In this document: in pieces, positions 19,317-29,522 of the stretch | Position numbering within the stretch: the stretch's first letter is position 1 | How the letters are laid out: the number at the start of each line of letters is the position of its first letter | Assembly (NCBI GenBank): GCA_934122115.1 | Contig: CAKOVU010000001.1 | Coordinates: forward strand, 23,755-87,754 | Source of the DNA: an uncultured Clostridia bacterium | Lineage (GTDB): Bacteria; Bacillota; Clostridia; TANB77; CAG-508 | Reading direction: 5' to 3' | Length of the DNA stretch: 64,000 nt | Program-made: the position numbers and the translations under genes | Notes under the pieces: generated by a model | What the model was told of the DNA's origin: nothing | The model's input: the letters and a program-made list of their open reading frames with translations, nothing else | The model's database searches: none

Positions 19317-19829
19317 ATGGAAAATGTTGATATTTTTAATAAAAGAAGAGAAAAATTAGAGAAAATACGAGAGAGAGGAAAATTAGATAATAACGAATAT
19401 AGCATTTCAGTTCATGTTTGGCTTCTTGAAGAGGACAAATTGTGGATACAACAGCGTTCAAATGAAAAAAAACTATTTCCAAAGTTATGGGAGCAATCAG
19501 GTGGTGGAGTTTTAACTGGAGAAACTAGTTTAAGAGCTGTAAAAAGAGAGACAAAAGAAGAGTTAGGACTAGATATACAAGATGAAGAGATAACATATAT
19601 TGGAAGCTATACAAGAGTAAAAGATATAGTTGACATATGGTTAGTACAAAGAGCAATTTCAAAAGACAAAATAATATTGCAAGATGAAGAAGTAGCAAAT
19701 ATTAAAAATGTGACTTTTGAAGAATTTGACAAGATGATAGAAAATAAAGAAGTTGTACCAACAATAAACCCATCATATAACTTATTGAAAAATTATTATA
19801 ACACATATATGAAAGGAAAAATGGTCTAA
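19317..19829 (+). CDS. NUDIX hydrolase
   Basis: Nudix box GGGVLTGETSLRAVKRETKEELGL. Confidence 0.8.
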   Translation: MENVDIFNKRREKLEKIRERGKLDNNEYSISVHVWLLEEDKLWIQQRSNEKKLFPKLWEQSGGGVLTGETSLRAVKRETKEELGLDIQDEEITYIGSYTRVKDIVDIWLVQRAISKDKIILQDEEVANIKNVTFEEFDKMIENKEVVPTINPSYNLLKNYYNTYMKGKMV

Positions 19830-19832
19830 ATA

Positions 19833-21275
19833 ATGCAATCGTTAACTGTAAATGATATATTGGAATTTGAGAAAAATCATAAACTAAAGGAACGCAGTAT
19901 TTATGGAATTAATTATTGGTACTGCAGAAGAACAAGAACTCTAAATGATATTATTGCTGCAGCATGTGGACAACAGGGAATGTGTGATAAAGAAAAAATT
20001 AAGAGGATTAAATTTTTCTTGAATAGAAATTATATAGGAAAAAAGTATAATGACGTAGATGTATTGATGATTACTGATGCTAGAAGAATAAAACAGGAAG
20101 AAAAATATGAATCAATATACACAGATGAAATCGAGATGTTGATTAAAGAAAAGTTAAAGTGTTTAACTTTGGAGGAACCTTCATGGACGAGTTATACCAA
20201 TATGGATGAGTCGCATCATTATAACTGTACAACAGAGAATATAAAATATGTGGACATATATGAATTACAGGCAAAAGTAAAAATTCAAATTTTCAAGAAG
20301 TTAAATATAATTAAGATGAAACATATTTCAAGTGAAATAGAACGACTTATTAATGAGATAAATGAATATTTTGATATAGATATTTCATCAATAAAACAAG
20401 ACTTTATAGAACACGTAATTTATTTTATTGTAATGAAAAGAAAATATTCAAAACTTATTAGCAGATTAAATCCTAAATGCATTATATTTTATTATAGAGA
20501 TTTCCCATTTAAAACATTAATCCAAATGATTGCAAAAGAAAAAAATATAGTAACAATAGAAATGCAACATGGAACTTATACCGAAGATGAACCTATAGAG
20601 AAAAAGGGAGATAGCAATGAAGAATGGAAAAATAGACAAGATTATTTATTTGCATTTGGAAAATTACAAGCAACGACCAAGTCTTTAATATATAAAGATG
20701 AACAGATTAAATTTATTGGTAATTTATTCCTAGAAAAGAAAAATAATGAAATGATAAAACTACCGGAGTGGTATAGAAAAACATATAGATATATATTGTT
20801 TATTTCGCAGTCATCAATGGGAGAGTATATTAGCAGGTTTGCGTCAGAACTGGCAGAAGGTTTAAAAAATACAAATTATAAAATAATATATAAATTTCAT
20901 CCAAATGAAGCTGGAAGAAAATATGAATGCTTAAATAAAGAAAACATAATACAAATAAAAGATTCTTCAGAGGAGATATATAAATATCAAAAGATATGTT
21001 ACTTGCAAATAGGAATATCAAGTACTGCCATTCTGGAGGGGGTGACATTTTATTTACCGACAATTTTATTAGAAAATCCAGAAGGAGCTTATGGAATGGA
21101 AAAGATATTAGGAAGATTCGAAAAAGGAGTTTATCATGCTAATAGTACTAAGGATGTTTTGAAAATATTAGAAGAAAAAATAGAAATCCCAACAAGAAAT
21201 GATGTTGAAAAGGTGTGGAAAAAGGATAGTTATACTAATTTTTTAAGAGAGCTAAAGAAAATAATGAAATATTAA
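19833..21275 (+). CDS. hypothetical 480-aa protein, possibly a TagF/KpsS-like CMP/CDP-sugar-dependent glycosyltransferase
   Basis: C-terminal KFHPNEAG...IGISSTAILEG resembles the HP and ITDYSS-type motifs of TagF/Kps capsule transferases. Weak, from memory of the families only. Confidence 0.35.
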   Translation: MQSLTVNDILEFEKNHKLKERSIYGINYWYCRRTRTLNDIIAAACGQQGMCDKEKIKRIKFFLNRNYIGKKYNDVDVLMITDARRIKQEEKYESIYTDEIEMLIKEKLKCLTLEEPSWTSYTNMDESHHYNCTTENIKYVDIYELQAKVKIQIFKKLNIIKMKHISSEIERLINEINEYFDIDISSIKQDFIEHVIYFIVMKRKYSKLISRLNPKCIIFYYRDFPFKTLIQMIAKEKNIVTIEMQHGTYTEDEPIEKKGDSNEEWKNRQDYLFAFGKLQATTKSLIYKDEQIKFIGNLFLEKKNNEMIKLPEWYRKTYRYILFISQSSMGEYISRFASELAEGLKNTNYKIIYKFHPNEAGRKYECLNKENIIQIKDSSEEIYKYQKICYLQIGISSTAILEGVTFYLPTILLENPEGAYGMEKILGRFEKGVYHANSTKDVLKILEEKIEIPTRNDVEKVWKKDSYTNFLRELKKIMKY

Positions 21276-21288
21276 GGAGACGATATGT

Positions 21289-21981
21289 ATGTATAATAAT
21301 GAAAAGATTGTTGCAATAATACCAGCCAGAGAGGGTAGTAAAAGATTAAAGAGGAAGAATGGTATTATGCTTGGAAATAAAAGATTATTTGAATACAGCA
21401 TTGATGTTGCAAAGAATTCAAAGTATATTGATAAGATAATATTTAGTACTGATTCGCAAGAATGGCTTGAATTAGCAATTGAGGAAGGGTGCATGGAGAA
21501 TAAGTTAAGAGATGCAATGTTAGCTAGAGATAATACAAAGACGATAGATGTCCTACTGTATGAGATAAAAAGAAATAAATTAAAAGAAAAATTTACTACA
21601 TTAGTATTATTACAACCTACATCTCCATATAGAACGGTTGAATTAGTAGATGGTGCTATAGAAAAGTATTTTGAAAATAAAGAACCACTAATTAGTGTCG
21701 TAAAGTGTAAAGAAGCTCCGGTATTTATGCGAAGCATTCAAAATGGAAAGTTAAAGAAAATATTGGATAAAAGCAGTGAAATTAGAAGCCAAGAAATAGA
21801 TGAAACATATCGAATAATTGGTAATATTTATATTAATAATATTGCTGATCTAAATTTGAATACTATATTAAATGAAAATACTATACCATATATTATAGAA
21901 GAAAAATATGCAATTGATATAGACTGCTTGGATGATTTTAAAAATGCAGAAAAGATAATGAGGGAGAATAAAGTTATATGA
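21289..21981 (+). CDS. CMP-N-acylneuraminate/nonulosonate cytidylyltransferase family (NeuA-like)
   Basis: IVAIIPAREGSKRLKRKN and LLQPTSPYR motifs of the CMP-NeuAc synthetase family. Confidence 0.75.
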   Translation: MYNNEKIVAIIPAREGSKRLKRKNGIMLGNKRLFEYSIDVAKNSKYIDKIIFSTDSQEWLELAIEEGCMENKLRDAMLARDNTKTIDVLLYEIKRNKLKEKFTTLVLLQPTSPYRTVELVDGAIEKYFENKEPLISVVKCKEAPVFMRSIQNGKLKKILDKSSEIRSQEIDETYRIIGNIYINNIADLNLNTILNENTIPYIIEEKYAIDIDCLDDFKNAEKIMRENKVI

Positions 21982-22835
21982 AAATAATTATGTTTCACTA
22001 TGTAATGAAAAAATTCAATTATTTTCACTTTGACGTAGATTTATTTGAAAGGTATATTAGGATTTTAAAGGATAAATATATTTTTATTGGTATAGAAGAG
22101 GCTAAAAAAATAATAAATCTGGAGAATTCAGAAAAGTATATGATGCTAACATTTGACGATGGAACCAAAGATCATTATGAGTATGTTTATCCAATACTTA
22201 ATAAATATAACATAAAAGGTGTATTTTTTGTTGGCACAAACATTTTTTATAATGAGATATTAGACATTCACTTAATACATAGATTGATTGCTAAAGTTGG
22301 AATTGATAGGTTGTATGACAAAACTAAAGAAATTATTGATGAGAAGCAGATATCAATAAATGAAAAGGAATTTATAAATAATATAGATGGGTATAAGATG
22401 AGATATGTAAAGCAATTGTTACAATATGTATTGCCGCAAGAAATTAGGGTGTGGGTTCTACGAAACCTTATAAATGAATATGAGATATCACAAAATTTAA
22501 ATGAATATTATATAACATATAATGAAATGTTAGAGATGAAAAACAAAGGAATGGACTTTGGAATACATACTAGACATCATAAGAGATTGGAATTGTTAAA
22601 TAAAGACGAACAGAAAGTAGAGATTGAAAATGATATCGAGATATTAAAAGAAAAAAAGATTTTAACAAATACAAAGGCAATAGCATACCCATTTGGAAGT
22701 TATAATCAGAATACGTTAGAGGTTTTAAATGATTTAGAAGTCGATTTGGGTTTTTCTATAAAAAGAAAATTTGGAATCTATAAAAACTTAGAAATAGAAA
22801 GAATAGATTGTAATGAACTAAAAAAATATGTTTAA
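21978..22835 (+). CDS. polysaccharide deacetylase family protein
   Basis: MLTFDDGTKDHYEYVYPIL...GVFFV and GIHTRHH motifs (NodB-like); start overlaps upstream stop. Confidence 0.7.
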   Translation: MKIIMFHYVMKKFNYFHFDVDLFERYIRILKDKYIFIGIEEAKKIINLENSEKYMMLTFDDGTKDHYEYVYPILNKYNIKGVFFVGTNIFYNEILDIHLIHRLIAKVGIDRLYDKTKEIIDEKQISINEKEFINNIDGYKMRYVKQLLQYVLPQEIRVWVLRNLINEYEISQNLNEYYITYNEMLEMKNKGMDFGIHTRHHKRLELLNKDEQKVEIENDIEILKEKKILTNTKAIAYPFGSYNQNTLEVLNDLEVDLGFSIKRKFGIYKNLEIERIDCNELKKYV

Positions 22836-22861
22836 AAATATTAATTATATAGAGGAATATT

Positions 22862-23842
22862 ATGGATACAAAGTTAGAAAAAGATATAAAGAACATTCAA
22901 GAATTTAATTTAAAAGATGGTATAATTGAGAAATATAAACCTAAAAAATTAATGATTGAAGTTACAAATAATTGTAATTCAAAGTGCGTATTTTGTGGGA
23001 ATTGTAATATGACTCGAGAAAGAAGTTTTGCGAGTGGAAAGATAGTAAAAAAAGCTTTAGAACAAGGCAAAGCAATGGGAATAAGCGAAGTAGGATTTTA
23101 TACTAATGGCGAGCCATTACTAGATAAAAATATAGAAAAATATATTGAATATGCTAAGAAAAATTTATATGATTATGTGTATATTACAACAAATGGAATG
23201 CTTGCTAATAAAAATAGAGTTAAAGCGTTGTTCGATAGTGGATTAGACAGTATAAAATTTTCAATTAATTCAATAGAAAAAGAAAATTATAAAAATGTAC
23301 ATGGAGTAAATTGCTTTGAAAAGGTAGTTGAAAATTTGCGTAATGCCTATTATATGAAAAAAAGTAAATATCCAAACAAAAAGGTATATGTATCTTATAT
23401 AAAGACGAAAATGAATAATTACAAAGATGATGAAATAAAACATTTTTTTGAAGAATATTGTGATGGTGTTTTAATACAAGAGGTAAGAAATCAGGGAGGA
23501 TTAATTTCTAATATTGAAAAATTAAAACCTAATAATCACGAAAAAACATATACTCTACCATGTTTTTATCCATTTAATACGGTAATTGTAACTTGTGAAG
23601 GCTATGTAACTGCTTGCTGTATGGACTTTCAAAACTATCTTGTTTATGGTAATCTTAATGAAAAAAAGTTGCAGGATATTTGGAATAATGACGTAATACA
23701 AGAATTAAGGAAAAAACACCTAAATGGAAAAATAGAAGATACAATATGCAAAAATTGTATTGATAATAAATTTGAACCGTGTAAACCGTTAATGGAGCGT
23801 TATTCGTGCGGTGTTGAATTTGACAAATGGAGAAAAGAATGA
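22862..23842 (+). CDS. radical SAM enzyme with C-terminal SPASM-type cysteine cluster
   Basis: CNSKCVFCGN (Cx3Cx2C) radical-SAM core, then VTCEGYVTACCMD...ICKNCIDNKFEPC auxiliary-cluster cysteines. Confidence 0.75.
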   Translation: MDTKLEKDIKNIQEFNLKDGIIEKYKPKKLMIEVTNNCNSKCVFCGNCNMTRERSFASGKIVKKALEQGKAMGISEVGFYTNGEPLLDKNIEKYIEYAKKNLYDYVYITTNGMLANKNRVKALFDSGLDSIKFSINSIEKENYKNVHGVNCFEKVVENLRNAYYMKKSKYPNKKVYVSYIKTKMNNYKDDEIKHFFEEYCDGVLIQEVRNQGGLISNIEKLKPNNHEKTYTLPCFYPFNTVIVTCEGYVTACCMDFQNYLVYGNLNEKKLQDIWNNDVIQELRKKHLNGKIEDTICKNCIDNKFEPCKPLMERYSCGVEFDKWRKE

Positions 23843-24342
23843 AAACGATAATAAGTATGTCAGAAAATGATAATTTTACTATTTTAGCCAATACAAAATG
23901 GTTATTAAATAATTCTATGAAGGATAATATGAATGCTGCGGATATTATAATAAAAATTATTGCGATAGAAAATTATTATGGAAAAAACGATTATGGAATG
24001 AACATGTACAATAAAATGCAAAGAATAAGAGTGGCTAAGAATAAACTCATAGAAAGAGAAAAAGCTGAAAATGAAAGAAAGTTTATAAAGTTAATAAAAA
24101 GCTTTGAAGAAAAGGGTTATGATAAAAAGTTTCCAGTAGAACTAAATAAAAATTTCGAAGTCTTTGAGGGGTCACATAGAACTGCTTGTTCAATCTACTT
24201 TAATATAAAAGAAATTCCTGTAACTTTTAATAAGCATATATGGAATTTGGAATATGACTATTCACTAAAATGGTTTAAGGAAAATGGAATGGAAGATTAT
24301 ATACCGTTAATAAAAGAAAAATATTATGACATTATTAAATGA
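23827..24342 (+). CDS. hypothetical protein with possible ParB/sulfiredoxin-like (GxHR) fold
   Basis: FEVFEGSHRTACSIYF resembles the ParB-N/Srx DGHHR motif; overlaps the rSAM gene by 16 nt. Low confidence. Confidence 0.3.
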   Translation: MEKRMKTIISMSENDNFTILANTKWLLNNSMKDNMNAADIIIKIIAIENYYGKNDYGMNMYNKMQRIRVAKNKLIEREKAENERKFIKLIKSFEEKGYDKKFPVELNKNFEVFEGSHRTACSIYFNIKEIPVTFNKHIWNLEYDYSLKWFKENGMEDYIPLIKEKYYDIIK

Positions 24343-24376
24343 CAAAAAGAATGGGCAACCATTCTTTCTGTCATTT
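24340..24376. terminator. bidirectional hairpin TGACAAAAAGAATGG-gcaacc-ATTCTTTCTGTCA between convergent genes
   Basis: 13-15 bp stem with one mismatch, T-rich on both sides. Confidence 0.55.
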
Positions 24377-24379
24377 GAA

Positions 24380-24814
24380 CTATTTATACTTTTGAATAAT
24401 ATCCATATCAAATGAATATTCTGCTTCAGAATCAGAACAATGAAAAGATATGTCGTAAAAATAATCTGAAATATATGATTGAGATACTTGTCTTATCCAT
24501 AACTTTAATAATTCTAATTTTGCATTAACCATGCTATTTTTATAAGGATTAAAGAAAGTATCGGTACCATCAATTTCGAATATTACAACACAAACATCTG
24601 TTGATTGTGAAGATTGCCGCATGTGGATAATTTTTTGCTCAACCTTCCAAGCTGCAATTGAATCTAAAGGATACAATTCTCGTACAAAAGTTTCAAATGA
24701 AGCTCCTAAGTGTAGGTTAAATGTTGAACATATTAGGGTGTTTGAATCGAGAAACTTAAAAATTTCTCTTTTACAAGGTAATGCACAATTCCAGATTATG
24801 CCAACACATTTCAT
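24380..24814 (-). CDS. hypothetical 144-aa protein
   Basis: ORF with coding-like composition; no recognised motif. Confidence 0.4.
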   Translation of the reverse strand: MKCVGIIWNCALPCKREIFKFLDSNTLICSTFNLHLGASFETFVRELYPLDSIAAWKVEQKIIHMRQSSQSTDVCVVIFEIDGTDTFFNPYKNSMVNAKLELLKLWIRQVSQSYISDYFYDISFHCSDSEAEYSFDMDIIQKYK

Positions 24815-24974
24815 TCAGAATGCTCCCTTTCTATAAAAATATAAGTAGATTATACATTAAAAATGGATGGAAAGCAATATATTTAAGACGGTAATTTGTT
24901 GATAAAAATTAAATTAGATATTGTAAAAAATAGTGTTAGAAAGTATAATTGTAATACATAAAATGGAGGAACTT

Positions 24975-25907
24975 ATGGATATAGTAAAAAGTGCAAATAA
25001 AATAGTAGAACAAATTCCAGATGGATTTTCAGAAATTGAAAAGGCAAGATATGTATATATTCAATTAGGTCGTTTGTTTTCGTTTGACGAAAAATATTGG
25101 CTAGGTAATGAGAAAGAAAAGAAGAAAATATATAGAAAATCTATGAACAGTCCAACAGATATGAAGAAAATAAAAAGAGGGCATAAAGCCATTTGCGTAT
25201 CAATTTCAAGAACGTATCAAGATTTATTAGCACAAATAGGAATGGAAAGTGATGTGTATAAAGTAAGTGATGAAGATCCTCATGTTTTTAGCAGAATAAA
25301 AATTGATGGCAAAGAGTATGAGGCAGATTTACAAAGAGATTTAAAGTATATACAGTCACAGAGAAAAACAAAGCATTTTGGAATTAGTATGAATGAACAA
25401 GTAAAATCTATAGATGAAGAGAAAATAGAAGAGATAGATAAAAAAATAGGCTATAATTATGCTGGGGAACAGGATATAGCAGGAATGATAGAAAGCTTAA
25501 GAAGAGAATTGAGTGGGGAAAAAGAATTAGGAATAAAATTAGAGAAGATATTGAGTGAAGCAAAGAAACCTGCAGAGATAAAAGACATGGGGTATATAGA
25601 AAAAATGGCATATTATGATTGGATAATGAAGAAACTTTTAAGCGATAAGGAAAGAAGAAAAATAAAAGAAATATATTTGAGAAAAAGAGATGAAGAAGAG
25701 CCAAAATATGCAGTATGTTTATCGGTTGATAATTCACAGAATGGATATACAAGGTTTTTATATAAACAAGATGAGGAAGGATATAAAAAAATAAATGAAA
25801 TTCAATTAATGGCTGAGATTGCAAATGGAATGGAAGTTATGAATTCATGTAAAATTCCTGGGATGAAGAGAAATCAAGGAAATAAACCAAAAGATAATGA
25901 AAGATGA
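24975..25907 (+). CDS. hypothetical protein with transglutaminase-like Cys/His/Asp core
   Basis: GHKAICVSISRTYQDLLAQIG...PHVFSRIKIDGKEYEADLQRD fits the C-H-D spacing of transglutaminase-like cysteine proteases. Start set at the ATG 4 nt after GGAGGA. Confidence 0.4.
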   Translation: MDIVKSANKIVEQIPDGFSEIEKARYVYIQLGRLFSFDEKYWLGNEKEKKKIYRKSMNSPTDMKKIKRGHKAICVSISRTYQDLLAQIGMESDVYKVSDEDPHVFSRIKIDGKEYEADLQRDLKYIQSQRKTKHFGISMNEQVKSIDEEKIEEIDKKIGYNYAGEQDIAGMIESLRRELSGEKELGIKLEKILSEAKKPAEIKDMGYIEKMAYYDWIMKKLLSDKERRKIKEIYLRKRDEEEPKYAVCLSVDNSQNGYTRFLYKQDEEGYKKINEIQLMAEIANGMEVMNSCKIPGMKRNQGNKPKDNER

Positions 25908-25988
25908 ATTGTTGACAAATAAATTTGTTAATATATAATAACAATATGGTTATAATAAATTATAATTAAAATTATAAAGGAGAGATTT

Positions 25989-28598
25989 ATGGATATTACA
26001 GAGGAAGAGAAAGCTAAAATACAGGATATGGTAAATAACCTTGTTATCAGAGCAAAAAAGGCTTCAGAAGAATATATGAAGCTAAATCAAGAACAAGTAA
26101 ATAAAATTGTAAAAGCAATGGCAATGGCAGGGCTTGAACACCATATGGAACTAGCAAAAATGGCTGTGGAAGAAACGGGAAGAGGAATATATGAAGATAA
26201 AATAACAAAGAATATGTTTGCTACAGAATATATATATCATAGTATAAAATACGATAAAACTGTAGGAATAATAAATGAAAATGAAGAAGAAGGATATGAA
26301 GAAATAGCAGAACCAGTTGGAATAATTGCAGGTGTTACTCCTGTAACGAACCCAACTTCAACAACAATGTTTAAATCAATAATATCTGCTAAAACAAGAA
26401 ATGTAATAATATTCGGATTTCACCCAAGCGCACAAAAATGTAGTGTAAAAGCTGCAACAATTCTAAAAGAAGCAGCAATAGCAGCTGGAGCTCCAGAAGA
26501 TTGCATATTATGGATTCCAGAGCCATCAATAACTGCAACAACTTTGCTTATGAAGCATCCTGACGTAAATTTAATACTTGCAACAGGTGGAAAAGGAATG
26601 GTGCAAAGTGCATATTCATGTGGAAAACCGGCATTAGGAGTTGGACCAGGAAATGTACCTTGCTATATAGATAAAACTGCAAAATTAAAAACAGCAGTAA
26701 ACGATTTAGTATTATCAAAATCATTTGATAATGGAATGATTTGCGCCTCAGAACAATCTGTTATAGTAGATGATGAAATTCATGATGAATTTGAAGAATT
26801 AATGAAGGAAGCAGGTTGCTATTTCTTAAGTGAAGATGAAACAAATAGATTAAGAAATAGTATGTTTATAGAAGAAAAAGGATGTAGCCTTAATGCAGAT
26901 ATTGTGGGAAAAAGCCCATACAATATTGCTAAAGGAGCAGGAATAGAAGTACCAGTACAAACTAAAGTATTAGTTTTAAAAGAAAATGGAGTAGGAATTG
27001 AATATCCATTTTCAAAAGAAAAATTAAGTCCAGTTCTTGCATACTATGTTGTAAAAGATAAAGAAGAGGGAATTGATTTAGCAGAAAAATTAATAGAATT
27101 TGGAGGCCTAGGCCATTCAGCAGTAATCCATTCGGAGGATAATGAAACTATCCAAGAATTTGCAGAAAAAGTAAAAGTAGGAAGAATAATAGTGAATTCA
27201 CCATCTACACATGGTGCCATAGGAGATATTTATAATACTAATATGCCATCGTTAACACTAGGATGTGGAACTTTTGGTGGAAATTCTACAACAGCAAATG
27301 TATCTTCAGTAAATTTAATAAATGTAAAAAGAGTTGCGAAGAGGAGAGTTAATATGCAGTGGTTTAAAATTCCAGATAAAATATATTTTGAAGCAGGTGC
27401 AATAGGATATTTAGAAAAAATGCCTGAAATAACAAGAGCTTTTATAGTAACAGATGCAGGAATGGTTAAGTTAGGATATGTAGATAAAATCTTATATCAT
27501 TTAAGAAATAGACAAGAATATGTTCATTCTCAAATATTTTCAGATGTTGAGCCAGACCCATCTTTTGCAACAATAAAAAGAGGCGTTGAACAAATGAATG
27601 AGTTCAAACCTGATGTTATTATTGCGTTGGGAGGCGGAAGTGCTATAGATGCTGCAAAAGGAATGTGGTTATTCTACGAACACCCAGATGCAGATATAGA
27701 GGGTATGAAATTAAAATTCATGGATATACGTAAACGTACGTATAAATTTCCTAAGCTTGGAAAAAAAGCAAAATTAGTAGCTATTCCAACTACTTCAGGA
27801 ACAGGCTCAGAGGTTACATCTTTTGCTGTTATCTCGGATAAAGAGAAGAATAGAAAATACCCATTAGCAGATTATGAGTTAACTCCAAATGTTGCTATAG
27901 TAGATGTAGATTTAGTAATGAGCTTGCCAAAATCAATTACAGCAGATACTGGAATGGATGTATTAACACATGCGCTAGAAGCTTATGTATCAAGTATGGC
28001 TTCGGACTATACAGATGGATTAGCAGAAAAAGCAGCTGAATTAGTATTTAAATATTTAAGAGATGCATATAACGATGGAAATAATAAATTAGCCAGAGAA
28101 AAAATGCATAATGCTAGTACAATTGCGGGAATGGCATTTACAAACGCATTTTTAGGAGTTTGCCATTCATTAGCACACAAAATTGGTGCAGAATTTCATT
28201 TGCCACATGGTAGAATAAATGCAATTTTATTACCTTATGTTATTAAGTATAATGGGGTAAAAGATCCAAGTAAATTTGTATCATTCCCTAAATATGAATA
28301 CTATATAGCAGATAAAAAATATGCAGATATATCTAGAAGAATGAATTATCCAGCATATACAAATGAAGAGGGAGTACAATCGTTAATAAGAGAAGTAAGA
28401 AAATTAGCTGATGATGTGGGAATTCCACACTCTTTCAAAGAGGCAGGGATAGACGAAAATGAATTTATGGCAAAAGTAGATGAATTAGCAGATATGGCTT
28501 TTTCAGACCAATGTACAACAGCTAATCCACGTTTACCTTTAGTAGAAGAATTAAAACAAATTTTAATAGATAGCTACTATGGAAAAGAATTACAATAA
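25989..28598 (+). CDS. adhE: bifunctional acetaldehyde-CoA/alcohol dehydrogenase
   Basis: 869 aa; N-terminal aldehyde dehydrogenase plus C-terminal iron-containing ADH (GGGSAIDAAK, HSLAHKIGAEFHLPHG). Confidence 0.9.
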   Translation: MDITEEEKAKIQDMVNNLVIRAKKASEEYMKLNQEQVNKIVKAMAMAGLEHHMELAKMAVEETGRGIYEDKITKNMFATEYIYHSIKYDKTVGIINENEEEGYEEIAEPVGIIAGVTPVTNPTSTTMFKSIISAKTRNVIIFGFHPSAQKCSVKAATILKEAAIAAGAPEDCILWIPEPSITATTLLMKHPDVNLILATGGKGMVQSAYSCGKPALGVGPGNVPCYIDKTAKLKTAVNDLVLSKSFDNGMICASEQSVIVDDEIHDEFEELMKEAGCYFLSEDETNRLRNSMFIEEKGCSLNADIVGKSPYNIAKGAGIEVPVQTKVLVLKENGVGIEYPFSKEKLSPVLAYYVVKDKEEGIDLAEKLIEFGGLGHSAVIHSEDNETIQEFAEKVKVGRIIVNSPSTHGAIGDIYNTNMPSLTLGCGTFGGNSTTANVSSVNLINVKRVAKRRVNMQWFKIPDKIYFEAGAIGYLEKMPEITRAFIVTDAGMVKLGYVDKILYHLRNRQEYVHSQIFSDVEPDPSFATIKRGVEQMNEFKPDVIIALGGGSAIDAAKGMWLFYEHPDADIEGMKLKFMDIRKRTYKFPKLGKKAKLVAIPTTSGTGSEVTSFAVISDKEKNRKYPLADYELTPNVAIVDVDLVMSLPKSITADTGMDVLTHALEAYVSSMASDYTDGLAEKAAELVFKYLRDAYNDGNNKLAREKMHNASTIAGMAFTNAFLGVCHSLAHKIGAEFHLPHGRINAILLPYVIKYNGVKDPSKFVSFPKYEYYIADKKYADISRRMNYPAYTNEEGVQSLIREVRKLADDVGIPHSFKEAGIDENEFMAKVDELADMAFSDQCTTANPRLPLVEELKQILIDSYYGKELQ

Positions 28599-28661
28599 AG
28601 TAGAAATGAAAACTCGCCCAATTGGCAAAATCGAATGGGCGAATTATTAGGGGAGGTAAAA

Positions 28662-29480
28662 ATGAAAGAAAATAGTAAAACAAAGAAAGTACTAATAGCA
28701 ATATTAATTGCTATAGTTGTAGCTGTAGTGAGCTTTGTATCATATGAAATTGCTACAGTAAACAATACATATTATATTAGCCAAAAGAATTTACAAATAC
28801 CAATTTTTGTATATCATGATTTAGTAGAGAATGAATCTGAAATTGAATATGATTATATGCAAACAACAGTAGATAAATTTGAAAAGCAAATAACAGGGTT
28901 AATGAAATTAGGATATAAGCCAATTACATATGAAGATTTAGTGCAATACAAAAATGGTGAAAAGCAAATACCAAAGTGGAGCTTTTTGATAACCTTTGAC
29001 GATGGCTATACAGGGGTATATAAATATGCATTTGAAATAGCAAAAAAATATAATATACCAATGACATCTTTTGCTATAGATGATTGCGTTGGCTCAGATG
29101 GTTATTATACATGGGAGCAGGCAAAAGAGATGAAAGATAGTGGACTTATGAGTATATATTCACATGGGTTAACACATGCAAAATACGATTTAGAAACAAA
29201 GGAAGATTTGGTTAACCAAACTGAACAAGCATATGAAAATTTGAAGATAAATCTACAAGATGAAAACTTGCTAAAAGTATTTACATATCCGTATGGATTG
29301 TATACAGAAGAAGAGAGAGCAGCTTTGAAAGAAGAGGGATTTATTCAAAATTTAACAGATAATGAAATAAATACAAGCAAAAAACTAGATTTAGCAGGCT
29401 TGCACAGGTCATATCCGTTAAATGATTCTGTGTTCAAAATATTATTAAAAATACAATATAGAGTAATAAGATATAATTAA
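28662..29480 (+). CDS. polysaccharide deacetylase family protein (membrane-anchored)
   Basis: TM helix, then FLITFDDGYTGVY, IYSHGLTHAKYD NodB motifs. Confidence 0.7.
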   Translation: MKENSKTKKVLIAILIAIVVAVVSFVSYEIATVNNTYYISQKNLQIPIFVYHDLVENESEIEYDYMQTTVDKFEKQITGLMKLGYKPITYEDLVQYKNGEKQIPKWSFLITFDDGYTGVYKYAFEIAKKYNIPMTSFAIDDCVGSDGYYTWEQAKEMKDSGLMSIYSHGLTHAKYDLETKEDLVNQTEQAYENLKINLQDENLLKVFTYPYGLYTEEERAALKEEGFIQNLTDNEINTSKKLDLAGLHRSYPLNDSVFKILLKIQYRVIRYN

Positions 29481-29487
29481 TAAGATA

Positions 29488-29511
29488 AGAGGAACCTAAA
29501 AAGGTTCCTCT
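29488..29511. terminator. hairpin AGAGGAACC-taaaaa-GGTTCCTCT between convergent genes
   Basis: Perfect 9-bp stem; U-rich on the minus-strand side. Confidence 0.55.
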
Positions 29512-29522
29512 AACTGTTTGCG

